Source: Patescibacteria group bacterium
GTDB taxonomy: Bacteria; Patescibacteriota; Patescibacteriia; Patescibacteriales; UBA12465
Assembly (NCBI GenBank): GCA_041671365.1
Contig: JBAZBP010000001.1
Span: forward strand, 182,459-233,996
Length of the DNA stretch: 51,538 nt
Direction: 5' to 3'
In this document: positions 1-8,115 of the stretch, piece after piece
How the letters are laid out: every line of letters starts with the position of its first letter
Position numbering within the stretch: position 1 is the stretch's first letter
Made by a program: the position numbers and the translations under genes
The notes under the pieces: generated by a model
The model's database searches: none
What the model saw: the letters and a program-made list of their open reading frames with translations, nothing else
Told to the model about the DNA's origin: nothing

Positions 1-1
1 C

Positions 2-361
2 AGTAAGCGCGACCGTTTCATGATGAAGGACTTTGATCATAATTCTTTGCGGCCAGTCGATTGGCTGATGGGATCATGCTTAATGTTTAAAAAACAAATA
101 AAGCTTACCTCGGGAGAAGTTTGGACGCCGCGTTTCGATGAGCGTTATTTTATGTATTTTGAAGATATCGATTTAGCGCGCCAAGCCTGGGCTAAGGAAA
201 AAAAAGTTGTTTATAATCCGGAAGCGGTGATTATCCATGATCATCAGCGCCAAAGCGCTAAGCATCCTTGGTATCTGGCGGTTTTTTTAGATGCTTTAGC
301 CCGGCAGCATATTAGTTCTTGGTTTAAATATTTTATAAAATGGGGATTAAAATCGAAATAA
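2..361 (+). CDS. Glycosyltransferase family 2-like protein, C-terminal fragment (5' end outside window)
   Basis: Frame stays open from base 2 to the left edge. The segment DWLMGSCLMFKK...YFMYFEDIDLARQAW resembles the C-terminal half of GT2 rhamnosyl/glycosyl transferases. Confidence 0.5.
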   Translation, partial: SKRDRFMMKDFDHNSLRPVDWLMGSCLMFKKQIKLTSGEVWTPRFDERYFMYFEDIDLARQAWAKEKKVVYNPEAVIIHDHQRQSAKHPWYLAVFLDALARQHISSWFKYFIKWGLKSK

Positions 362-364
362 TTT

Positions 365-1240
365 ATGCTGAAAATTAAAAAAGCAATTTTTCCGGTAGCC
401 GGTTTTGGGACACGATTTTTACCGGCGACCAAGGCTCAGCCCAAAGAAATGTTGATGGTTATTGATAAGCCGGTTATTCAGTATTTAGTTGAAGAAGTTG
501 TTCGAGCGGGCATTGAAGAAATTATTTTTGTGACCGGTCGCGGTAAGCGGGCGATTGAGGATCATTTTGATTATTCTTTCGAGTTGGAGAAAACTCTGGT
601 TGAAAAAAATAAACTGGATTTGTTAAAAAAAGTTAAAGAGATCGAGAATTTAGCTAAATTTTCCTATGTTCGCCAGTCGATCCCTCTCGGCGACGGTCAT
701 GCCATAAATTGCGCCGCGCACTTGGTTCAAGATAATGAGCCGGTGCTTATTATGTTTGGCGATACTTTGTATGATGCCGTTATTCCGCCGGTCAAGCAAG
801 TTTTTCAAGCTTATGAAAAATACGGTCATTCTATTGTTGGTTTGTCTGAGGTTGAACATTCAGAGGTCAACAAGTTCGGAGTTATCGACGGTCTTGATCT
901 GGGCAAGGGAAATTATCAAATTAAACGATTTGTGGAAAAACCCAGTTTGGCAGAAGCCCCCTCTAATTTAGCGGCGGTGGGTATTTATGTTATTACTCCT
1001 GAAGTTTTTCAAGTTCTTAAATATATGAAAAGTGGTAAATCGGGAGAAATTCGTTTGGCGGATGCTTTTGATCAAATGCTTGATAATAACCGCCCGATTT
1101 ATGGAAAAAAAATCGAAGGAGAATGGCTTGATACCGGAAATAAATTTAATTTTTTGAAAGCCAGTTTAAAATTTGGTTTGAAAGACAAGGAAATAGGCCA
1201 GGATCTGCAGAATTTAATTAATGACTTAAGCAATCGATAA
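365..1240 (+). CDS. galU: UTP--glucose-1-phosphate uridylyltransferase
   Basis: N-terminal KAIFPVAGFGTRFLPATKAQPKEML nucleotidyltransferase signature. Length is 291 aa. Confidence 0.9.
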   Translation: MLKIKKAIFPVAGFGTRFLPATKAQPKEMLMVIDKPVIQYLVEEVVRAGIEEIIFVTGRGKRAIEDHFDYSFELEKTLVEKNKLDLLKKVKEIENLAKFSYVRQSIPLGDGHAINCAAHLVQDNEPVLIMFGDTLYDAVIPPVKQVFQAYEKYGHSIVGLSEVEHSEVNKFGVIDGLDLGKGNYQIKRFVEKPSLAEAPSNLAAVGIYVITPEVFQVLKYMKSGKSGEIRLADAFDQMLDNNRPIYGKKIEGEWLDTGNKFNFLKASLKFGLKDKEIGQDLQNLINDLSNR

Positions 1241-1261
1241 AATTTAGAAACGTAAGAGTAT

Positions 1262-1297
1262 AAAAAAATAGCCAATTTAATTCGGCTATTTTTTTAT
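1262..1297. terminator. Bidirectional intrinsic terminator between convergent genes
   Basis: Hairpin ATAGCC(1268-1273)/GGCTAT(1284-1289), flanked by an A-run and a T-run. Confidence 0.55.
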
Positions 1298-1304
1298 TTT
1301 TATT

Positions 1305-2636
1305 TTATTGTAATAAGAGGCTATAAATTCCGTTTTGCTGACCGATTTTGGCCCAAAAATATAAAGTATCACTAGTGTCATCAAGTGCTGGCGACGCCAG
1401 GGCATCCGTCGTAAAAATTTTAGTAATTAAACCTATTTTAGGATCATAAGCTCTTAGGCTGTTGGCTGTAGAAAAAATTAAATAATTTTTATTTTTATTC
1501 CAGATAATTTTAACAATTTTTTCTCCGACGCGGGTTAGTAAGGAATTGTTGTTTGTTTGGAGATTAAGCTGATATATTTCCCAGTCGTTGTTGTAGAATA
1601 AGGTTTGATCATCTCGCCACTGCCAGCTGCTGACGCCTGATATAGTTTGGCTGCCGCTCGTGATATTAGACGGATTAATTAAATAAAGAGTTTTATTTTG
1701 GTCGTCATAAAGTGTTAATTTACTCCGACTTTCATGAACGAAAGTATAGTGCCCGATGGTCGGCAACACAAGTTCTTGTTCAATTTTTTTAGTTTTTAGG
1801 GAATATCTTTGCAAGACCGTTTGTCCGTTTTGAATTGTCACTAAAAATAAATTTTCTCCGCGCGGCTCATAGCTAAGATATTTTTCCCCGCTCATAATTA
1901 AAGTACTGGCTCGGTTATTGAGGTTCAAATAATTAAGAGAGTTCTCGTTTTGATAATAAAGACGATTCTGATCTTCGTCGTTATACCAATTACTAGCGCC
2001 CGAGCCTAGCAGTTGGCCGTAATTAATATTATTATCATCGACGGGATTAAATAAATTGCCGTCAATGAGCAGCTGGTCGTTATTTTGCAGCCAAACGCCG
2101 TCTGAACTAGTTGAAAAGGAAAGAATTTTTATTTGTTCGGTTTTAAGATTAATAATTTTAGAAATTTCCGGTAAATATAAATATTTATAGCTGGAACTAA
2201 GTTTTAAATCGCTGGCGGTGGTTGTTGCAATAAGTTGCGGCAGATCGGAACGAAAAAGATTAATATCTTCGACGAAAGTTGTCTGTCCCGAATAAATGGT
2301 AATTTTTTTGGTCAGCGGCAAATAACCGGAAAGTTTTAAGCTCAAATCATAATCTCCCGGCAAAACATTTTTAACTTTATTTGGTGTGGTTAGATATTTA
2401 ATTCTCCAAGGATTAACGGAAAAATTAGTCTGGGCTTGGTCGTTCAGATAAATTATCGCTCCCTCCGGCTCAGTTTTTATCGCTATCATTCCGGTTTTAA
2501 TTAACAGGCGGTTAAAGGTCGGCGGCCAGCTAAAATTAATTTGCAGACCGGAAGCATAGAGAGAGACAATTATTGTTCCCACCACAAACAAGACCACGAA
2601 AGTAAAAAAAATGTAATCGCGAATTTTTTTGGACAT
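1305..2636 (-). CDS. Membrane-anchored PEGA-domain surface protein with beta-rich C-terminal region
   Basis: N-terminal TM helix (IFFTFVVLFVVGTIIVSLYA). PEGA motif IKTEPEGAIIYLND. The remainder is rich in repeated beta-strand-like segments. Confidence 0.5.
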   Translation of the reverse strand: MSKKIRDYIFFTFVVLFVVGTIIVSLYASGLQINFSWPPTFNRLLIKTGMIAIKTEPEGAIIYLNDQAQTNFSVNPWRIKYLTTPNKVKNVLPGDYDLSLKLSGYLPLTKKITIYSGQTTFVEDINLFRSDLPQLIATTTASDLKLSSSYKYLYLPEISKIINLKTEQIKILSFSTSSDGVWLQNNDQLLIDGNLFNPVDDNNINYGQLLGSGASNWYNDEDQNRLYYQNENSLNYLNLNNRASTLIMSGEKYLSYEPRGENLFLVTIQNGQTVLQRYSLKTKKIEQELVLPTIGHYTFVHESRSKLTLYDDQNKTLYLINPSNITSGSQTISGVSSWQWRDDQTLFYNNDWEIYQLNLQTNNNSLLTRVGEKIVKIIWNKNKNYLIFSTANSLRAYDPKIGLITKIFTTDALASPALDDTSDTLYFWAKIGQQNGIYSLLLQ

Positions 2637-2639
2637 AAA

Positions 2640-3941
2640 TTAGCGATCAAGAGTAGTTATTTCTGCCCCGATTTTGTTTAGTCGTTCGTAAAGATTCTCA
2701 TAGCCGCGATCAATAGAGTAAGAATTTCTTAAAATCGATTGTCCTTTGGCGGCTAGCATGCAAATTAAGATATTAATTGACGGCCGCAAAGCCGGTGGAC
2801 ACACAATTTCGTTGGGTCTGAATTCAGTCGGCCCGGTAACGGTTACGCGATGAGGATCGTGCAGCATAATATTAGCGCCCAGACGGCTTAATTCCGTATA
2901 ATAAATCGCTCGATTTTCATAAATCCAGTCATGAACCAGCGTGGAGCCTTCGGCTTGAGTTAAAATCGGCACGAATAAAGGAAGATTATCAATATTTATT
3001 CCCGGATAAGGCTGGGGGTGAATTTTATCCGGCAGAGCTCTTAGACGACTGATTGGTAGCTCTAAATCTACCAAATTAAAATAACCATTTTTTGATTTAT
3101 AACTGCGGCTGATTTTAATTTTTTGGCCCATTACTTTTAATTTTTCAATTTCTAACAATAAGAAATCAATCGGACAGTGGGTAATTTTTATATTAGATTT
3201 AGTGGTAATCGCTAGAGAAATAAAAGCCATAGATTCAATCGGATCGGGCATAATTGGATAATTTTTTACCGGGTGAAGTTCCTTTATTCCGGTAATCTTC
3301 AATCTTATGCCATCCCAATCGATTTTTGCCCCGGCTTTCTTTAAAAAGAATACCAAATCCTGAACCATGTAATTGGACGAAGGAAAATTTATTATACTTT
3401 CTCCGGGAGCGAAGACGGCGGCCATGATAATGTTTTCCGTACCGGTATCGCTGGCTTCATACATTGTGAACTTAGCGGCTCGTTTTTTCTCATGGCTGAT
3501 GTTATAGGTGGTTTTAGTTTCTTTTACTTTAATGCCTAAGTATTTCAAAGAAATAATATAAGGATTGACCGTTCTTTTTCCTAATTTGCAGCCGCCGGAT
3601 TGCGGGAGAGAAAAATTTTTAAATTCAGCTGTTAAGGCGCCCATTAAAAGAAGGGCCGAGCGAGTCTTTAAATAGGCCTCGCGATCGATTCTTTCCGGGT
3701 ATAAGTGGCCATCGTTTATTATTTCTAATTCCTGATCGCCGGTCCAACTAATTTTTAAGCCTAAAGAAGCTAAAATTTCGATAATTCTGTTAACTTCTTC
3801 AATGCGGGGAACGTCAATTAAGGTAGTTTTTCCCTTAATCATGACAGTCGCGCATAAAATAGCGACGGCCGCATTTTTAGCCGAATTAGTCTTTATGGTG
3901 CCGTGTAATTTTTTACCGCCATTTATTAGTAAATTTGCCAT
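2640..3941 (-). CDS. murA: UDP-N-acetylglucosamine 1-carboxyvinyltransferase
   Basis: 433 aa. N-terminus LINGGKKLHGTIKTNSAKNAAVAILCA and an active-site-like SGGCKLGKR loop, typical of the MurA/EPSP-synthase fold. Confidence 0.9.
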   Translation of the reverse strand: MANLLINGGKKLHGTIKTNSAKNAAVAILCATVMIKGKTTLIDVPRIEEVNRIIEILASLGLKISWTGDQELEIINDGHLYPERIDREAYLKTRSALLLMGALTAEFKNFSLPQSGGCKLGKRTVNPYIISLKYLGIKVKETKTTYNISHEKKRAAKFTMYEASDTGTENIIMAAVFAPGESIINFPSSNYMVQDLVFFLKKAGAKIDWDGIRLKITGIKELHPVKNYPIMPDPIESMAFISLAITTKSNIKITHCPIDFLLLEIEKLKVMGQKIKISRSYKSKNGYFNLVDLELPISRLRALPDKIHPQPYPGINIDNLPLFVPILTQAEGSTLVHDWIYENRAIYYTELSRLGANIMLHDPHRVTVTGPTEFRPNEIVCPPALRPSINILICMLAAKGQSILRNSYSIDRGYENLYERLNKIGAEITTLDR

Positions 3942-4006
3942 ATTTTAAGCCATTTTATTTAAATTAGTCGATTGGCTATAATCTAAATCTAATCATAACC
4001 CATTTG

Positions 4007-4034
4007 TTGACATTTTTCAAATATTTGGTATTAT
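4007..4034 (+). promoter_or_regulatory. Putative sigma70-type promoter for rplU
   Basis: TTGACA (4007-4012), 16-nt spacer, TATTAT (4029-4034). Confidence 0.4.
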
Positions 4035-4083
4035 TAACATAAGTTCAGAATTGATTCTGATTTTTTATTAATAATACTATAAT

Positions 4084-4392
4084 ATGCCAAAAATTGCTGT
4101 AATAAAAACTGGAGGTAAACAATATAAAGTTAAAGTGGGAGATACGGTGAAGGTGGAAAAATTGGAAGCGGAGAGGGGGGCGACCGTTAAATTAGATACT
4201 TTATTAATCGCCGATGACGCGAGTTTAGAGCTTGGTCAGCCGTCTTTGGGAGAGAAAGTTGAAGCGGAAGTTCTCGAAACTGCTAAGGGGAAAAAAGTTA
4301 CTGTGGTTAAATATAAAAGTAAAACTCGCTATAAGAAAACGGTTGGACATCGTCAAAAGTTTACGGCTTTGAAAGTGGTTAGTATCGCTTAA
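4084..4392 (+). CDS. rplU: 50S ribosomal protein L21
   Basis: MPKIAVIKTGGKQYKVKVGD... and ...GHRQKFT motifs. Length is 102 aa. Confidence 0.92.
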   Translation: MPKIAVIKTGGKQYKVKVGDTVKVEKLEAERGATVKLDTLLIADDASLELGQPSLGEKVEAEVLETAKGKKVTVVKYKSKTRYKKTVGHRQKFTALKVVSIA

Positions 4393-4394
4393 AT

Positions 4395-4440
4395 TTTTTG
4401 TCATTAAGCTTCGTCGGCTGGCGGGGCGAATGATCTGTTC
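4395..4440 (+). repeat. GC-rich 3' UTR repeat, copy A (partner at 43064-43112)
   Basis: TTTTTGTCAT..GGCTGGCG..GCGAA..ATC.GTTC is shared with copy B. It lies between the rplU stop codon and the terminator. Confidence 0.6.
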
Positions 4441-4464
4441 TAAAATTAAATTTAAGTTTCAATA

Positions 4465-4497
4465 AAAAATCCATTCTAAATTAGGATGGATTTTTTT
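4465..4497. terminator. Bidirectional intrinsic terminator (rplU / recR convergent)
   Basis: Hairpin ATCCAT..ATGGAT, flanked by AAAAAA and TTTTTTT. Confidence 0.6.
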
Positions 4498-4506
4498 GTG
4501 TCAGTT

Positions 4507-5103
4507 TTATTTAATTTCATTTCTATTCTTCAAAGCGCTGCCTAGGGTCAATTCGTCGGCATATTCTAAATTAGAACCGGCCGGTAAACCCTTGGCGAGA
4601 CGGCTAATTTTGAGCTGATTTTTAAAAATTTTAGTTAAATATAAAGCAGTAGATTCACCCTCTAAGGTAAAATTTAAAGCGAGGATGATTTCTTGAATAT
4701 TTTCTGCTTTAATCTTTTTAATTAATTTTTCAATATTTAGGTTCTCGGGCCGCACTTCATTAATAACATTAATCAAGCCGCCCAGTATTAAATAACGGCC
4801 GTCATACTGTTTGGTTGTTTCTATCGCTACCATATCTTGTAGGTCTTCAACAACACAAAGAATTCCCGCGCGGCGATTTTTGTCGGCGCAAATAGGACAA
4901 GGATCGCTTTCGGCAATAGCGAGGCATTCGTGGCAAATAATTATTTTTTCTGATAATTCGCTAATCGCCAATGCTAAACTTTTAGATTTTTCCGGGTTTT
5001 GTTTTAATAAGTAAAAAGCATAGCGTTCGGCCGTTTTAGGGCCGACACTAGGAAAACAGGAGAACTGATCTATTAAATTTTGTAATGCTTTAGGATATTT
5101 CAT
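4507..5103 (-). CDS. recR: Recombination protein RecR
   Basis: N-terminal helix-hairpin-helix FPSVGPKTAERYAF, a C4 zinc finger (CHECLAI...CPIC), and a Toprim-like C-terminus. Confidence 0.92.
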   Translation of the reverse strand: MKYPKALQNLIDQFSCFPSVGPKTAERYAFYLLKQNPEKSKSLALAISELSEKIIICHECLAIAESDPCPICADKNRRAGILCVVEDLQDMVAIETTKQYDGRYLILGGLINVINEVRPENLNIEKLIKKIKAENIQEIILALNFTLEGESTALYLTKIFKNQLKISRLAKGLPAGSNLEYADELTLGSALKNRNEIK

Positions 5104-5104
5104 T

Positions 5105-5380
5105 TTAATTCATTCCCGGCAGGCCGCCCATGTCTTGCAGTTTTTTAGCCATTAATCTCTGGGCGCGTTTTAAAGCTTCGTTAAAGCAATTTTTAAGATT
5201 TTCTTCCTGCGAACTTTTAGTTAAGCTATCGCTTAGTTTTAATTCTAATACTTCCATGTTGCCGTTTAGGACGACTTTCACGCCATTTTTTTCTTCGGTT
5301 ACAACTTCTTGGGCCAGGGCATTTTGCATGGTTTTGGCTTGACTGCGTAAATCTCTAAACTGTTTTAATTTGTTGAACAT
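5105..5380 (-). CDS. ybaB: YbaB/EbfC family nucleoid-associated protein
   Basis: 91 aa in the conserved ybaB-recR pairing. Ends in ...MGGLPGMN, typical of the family. Confidence 0.85.
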   Translation of the reverse strand: MFNKLKQFRDLRSQAKTMQNALAQEVVTEEKNGVKVVLNGNMEVLELKLSDSLTKSSQEENLKNCFNEALKRAQRLMAKKLQDMGGLPGMN

Positions 5381-5409
5381 AATATTTTATTTAATTTATT
5401 TAAAAAAAT

Positions 5410-6810
5410 TTAAAATTCTATCGGGCTCGGTTCGCTTATTTTTTTATTCATGGCTTTAAAGCTGACTGTATTCTCGTCAAAAAATAAATCGACTTTACCG
5501 GTTGGGCCGTTACGATGTTTAGCAATGTGGATTTCCGCTTTATGGCGCTCATCTTGCGGTAAGTCATTAGGATTATAGCCGCGATCGGCCGCTTTACGAT
5601 AGATAAACATAACCACATCGGCATCTTGTTCGATTGAGCCGGAGTCGCGCAAGTGCGATAATTTTGGTATAGCCGGATGAGTTAATTCCACGGCTCGAGA
5701 TAACTGGGCTAAAGCTAAAATTGGAATATTCAGTTCCCGGGCGATGGATTTCAGGCCGCGGCTGATTTCCGCTATTTCCTGAACGCGATTGTCGCCATAT
5801 TTGCCTCGACCTTCCATCAATTGTAAATAATCAATCATAATCATGCCTAGTCCTTTTTCCATTTGCAGGCGCCTAGCTTTAGCCCGAATTTCCATAATGG
5901 ATAAAGTCCCGGAATCATCGATATAAATAGGGGCTTCGGCTAATTTTCCCATCGCCTCGCCGATACGCGCGAAATCATTATCCTCCTCTTTGTCGGATAA
6001 GTTTCCGGTTCGCATTTTCCATAAACTGACGTTAGCTTGAGCGCAAAGCATGCGATCGACTAGCTGTTCTTTGCTCATTTCTAAAGAAAATATTCCTACC
6101 CCCTCTTTGCTTCTAATAGCTGCCTGGCGAGCAATATCAAGAGCGAGAGCGGTCTTACCGACAGAAGGACGGGCGGCCAGGATTATTAAATCGGATTTTT
6201 GTAAACCGGCCAATAAATTATCTAAATCCGAAAAGCCGGTTGATAGGCCTCGTAATTTTCCACTATAGCGGTGAAGTTCGTCAATCCGGTCAAAAGCGGC
6301 TGTGAGTAGATCATCAATCGGCAAAAAGGCGTTTTTTAAATATTTGCGCGAAACGCCAAAAACCTTTTTTTCCGTTTCGTCTAAAATTTCGTCAATTTCT
6401 CTCTCCTCATCGAAACTCATGGTAGAAATTTCAGCGGCGGCTTGCTGCAAACGGCGAAGAGTTGCTTTACGCTGGATAATATTAGCGTAGTTAGCGATGT
6501 TGCCGGAAGTAGCCACGGCGTTAGAAAGTTGCGCTAAATAAGCTCGTCCGCCGATAACGGTCATCTGCTTTTTATCTTCCAGGCGATTAGAAAGAGTAAC
6601 AATATCAATGGGTTCTTGGTTGCCGTATAACTCCTTAATCGTATCATAAATAATTTTATGACTATCTTTATAAAAGTCTTGCGGCATGACCGTATCGGCC
6701 ACTTTAATAATTGCGTCTTTATCGATTAAAAGAGAACCGAGTAACGATTCTTCGGCTTCTAGACTGTGCGGCGGAATTTTAGCGATTATATTTTGGTCGT
6801 TAGTGGCCAT
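5410..6810 (-). CDS. dnaB: Replicative DNA helicase DnaB
   Basis: PPHSLEAEESLLGSLL N-terminus. Walker A ARPSVGKTALAL. Walker B MIMIDYLQLM. Confidence 0.95.
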   Translation of the reverse strand: MATNDQNIIAKIPPHSLEAEESLLGSLLIDKDAIIKVADTVMPQDFYKDSHKIIYDTIKELYGNQEPIDIVTLSNRLEDKKQMTVIGGRAYLAQLSNAVATSGNIANYANIIQRKATLRRLQQAAAEISTMSFDEEREIDEILDETEKKVFGVSRKYLKNAFLPIDDLLTAAFDRIDELHRYSGKLRGLSTGFSDLDNLLAGLQKSDLIILAARPSVGKTALALDIARQAAIRSKEGVGIFSLEMSKEQLVDRMLCAQANVSLWKMRTGNLSDKEEDNDFARIGEAMGKLAEAPIYIDDSGTLSIMEIRAKARRLQMEKGLGMIMIDYLQLMEGRGKYGDNRVQEIAEISRGLKSIARELNIPILALAQLSRAVELTHPAIPKLSHLRDSGSIEQDADVVMFIYRKAADRGYNPNDLPQDERHKAEIHIAKHRNGPTGKVDLFFDENTVSFKAMNKKISEPSPIEF

Positions 6811-6967
6811 ATTTTTAGAGTTAGTTTAGAAAAACCTTGGCTCTAATTTATCTTAGCTTATAGTCAGCGTTTATTCAAGGTTAAAAATACAATAAATTAA
6901 CACAGTTTGTGCGCAATTTATCCCCAAAGGCATTTATGAAAAAACCGCTAATAAGCGGTTTTTAGGG

Positions 6968-7040
6968 AGCCATCTGTCGGGCTCGGACCGACGACCTGCT
7001 GTTTACAAAACAGCTGCTCTACCAGCTGAGCTAAGATGGC
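6968..7040 (-). tRNA. tRNA-Thr (anticodon UGU)
   Basis: The reverse complement GCCATCTTAGCTCAGCTGGTAGAGCAGCTGTTTTGTAAACAGC... folds as a cloverleaf. Anticodon loop is TT-TGT-AA. No encoded CCA. T-loop reads TCCGAGC. Confidence 0.85.
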
Positions 7041-7068
7041 AAATGACCGTTAGTGCGGTCATTTTTAG

Positions 7069-7141
7069 TGCGCCCAGCTGGATTCGAACCAGCGACCATC
7101 AGCTTAAAAGGCTGTTGCTCTACCAACTGAGCTATAGGCGC
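7069..7141 (-). tRNA. tRNA-Lys (anticodon UUU)
   Basis: The reverse complement GCGCCTATAGCTCAGTTGGTAGAGCAACAGCCTTTTAAGCTG...GGTTCGAATCC... folds as a cloverleaf. Anticodon loop is CT-TTT-AA. Confidence 0.85.
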
Positions 7142-7265
7142 AATTATAAATTTGATGATAACAAAAGATTTTATTTTTGACAAGTCCAAAAAGTAACGGT
7201 TTGATTAATTTTTTTATTTTTGTCACTATAAAATCGAAGTCAGCGATTGTTAAGTATAATCAATC

Positions 7266-7826
7266 ATGAAAAAAATAATTAATTTACATCAAAATAGCCT
7301 TGAGTATACGCTTAAATTCAGTCGTCGTGCGCGCCGGATGCGTCTGACGATTTATCATGACGGCAATCTTATTGTAACCGCCCCGCACCGAATGAGTGAA
7401 AAAACGATTGAACAATTTATTCTCGAAAAATCCCGGTGGATTATAGATAAGCTGGCCTATTTTAAAAACCGGCCAAAGCCAATTTTTATAAAAGATAGAA
7501 AAAAAGAGTATGAGGAGTATAGAAACCAAGCCCTGATTTTCGTACAGAAAAGAATTGAGTATTTTAATCAATTTTATGGTTTTAGATTTAAACAAATAAA
7601 AATAAAAAATCAGAAAACCCGTTGGGGGAGCTGTTCTAAGAAAGGAAATTTAAATTTTAATTATAAAATATTTTTACTCCCCGAAAAATTAGCCGATTAT
7701 GTTATTGTTCATGAGCTTTGTCATTTAAAAGAATTAAATCATGCCCAGAAATTCTGGGACTTGGTCGTCAGAACTGTACCCGATTATTGGCAGATTAAAA
7801 GGGAGCTTAGAAAGGTGGGTTTATGA
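7266..7826 (+). CDS. YgjP-like (DUF45/M48-related) zinc metallohydrolase
   Basis: HELCHLKELNH zinc-binding motif near the C-terminus and RWGSCS upstream, typical of the YgjP/SprT-like family. Confidence 0.75.
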   Translation: MKKIINLHQNSLEYTLKFSRRARRMRLTIYHDGNLIVTAPHRMSEKTIEQFILEKSRWIIDKLAYFKNRPKPIFIKDRKKEYEEYRNQALIFVQKRIEYFNQFYGFRFKQIKIKNQKTRWGSCSKKGNLNFNYKIFLLPEKLADYVIVHELCHLKELNHAQKFWDLVVRTVPDYWQIKRELRKVGL

Positions 7827-7985
7827 GGGGAATATCGCCTCGCGGCGCTTAGTCGCGCCGCTCGTTGCCCCTGACGGACCCGCTAAACGCTCGCCAACTC
7901 ACGTTTATCGTCGCTCGATTACTCGGATTCGCTCCGCTCATCCTCGTATCTCGCTCGCCGTCTGTTCGATCCCCCTAGTTGCGAA
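7826..7985 (-). repeat. GC-rich island downstream of tRNA-Glu, bounded by tRNA T-arm copies
   Basis: Sharp GC shift versus AT-rich flanks. 7964-7978 GTTCGATCCCCCTAG is an inverted copy of tRNA-Glu 8036-8050. 7826-7837 AGGGGAATATCG is a direct copy of 8038-8047. Contains GAGCGA/GGCGAGCG motifs. Confidence 0.6.
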
Positions 7986-7992
7986 TATTAAT

Positions 7993-8024
7993 AAAAATAC
8001 TCCAACAAAGTTAGAGTATTTTTA
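7993..8024. terminator. Bidirectional intrinsic terminator after tRNA-Glu
   Basis: Stem AATACTC (7996-8002) / GAGTATT (8014-8020), flanked by an A-run and a T-run. Confidence 0.55.
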
Positions 8025-8029
8025 TTACG

Positions 8030-8101
8030 TAGTCCCTAGGGGAATCGAACCCCTGTTACCAGGATGAGAACCTGGCGTCCTAACCGTTAGACGAAGGGAC
8101 C
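8030..8101 (-). tRNA. tRNA-Glu (anticodon CUC)
   Basis: The reverse complement GGTCCCTTCGTCTAACGGTTAGGACGCCAGGTTCTCATCCTGG...GGGGTTCGATTCCCCTAGGGACTA folds as a cloverleaf. Anticodon loop is TT-CTC-AT. Position 1-72 is a G-U wobble. Confidence 0.85.
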
Positions 8102-8115
8102 GTTTTTTTGATAAA

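Noticed and set aside
4050-4083. Small hairpin TCAGAA-TTGA-TTCTGA followed by a T-run in the rplU leader, as a possible L21-leader-type attenuator.
   Set aside because: The stem is only 6 bp and AT-rich, with no visible anti-terminator alternative. There is not enough evidence to call it a ribosomal-protein leader.
7826-7985. Considered whether the GC-rich island is a known small RNA: SRP/4.5S RNA, or a tmRNA or pseudo-tRNA fragment.
   Set aside because: The minus strand has GGGTCCGTCAGGGGCAACGAGC, which only loosely resembles the SRP helix-8 GGUCCGGAAGGAAGCAGC. I could not fold a long end-to-end SRP hairpin. The T-arm-like piece lacks a pairing 5' T-stem half, and the region is far too short for tmRNA. 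An Infernal/Rfam scan would settle it.
7741-8067. 108-aa plus-strand ORF running from the end of the YgjP-like gene through the GC-rich island into tRNA-Glu.
   Set aside because: It overlaps a well-supported CDS in another frame and the antisense of a tRNA. Its Arg/Pro/Ser/Ala-rich translation is what GC-rich non-coding DNA gives. It has no RBS.
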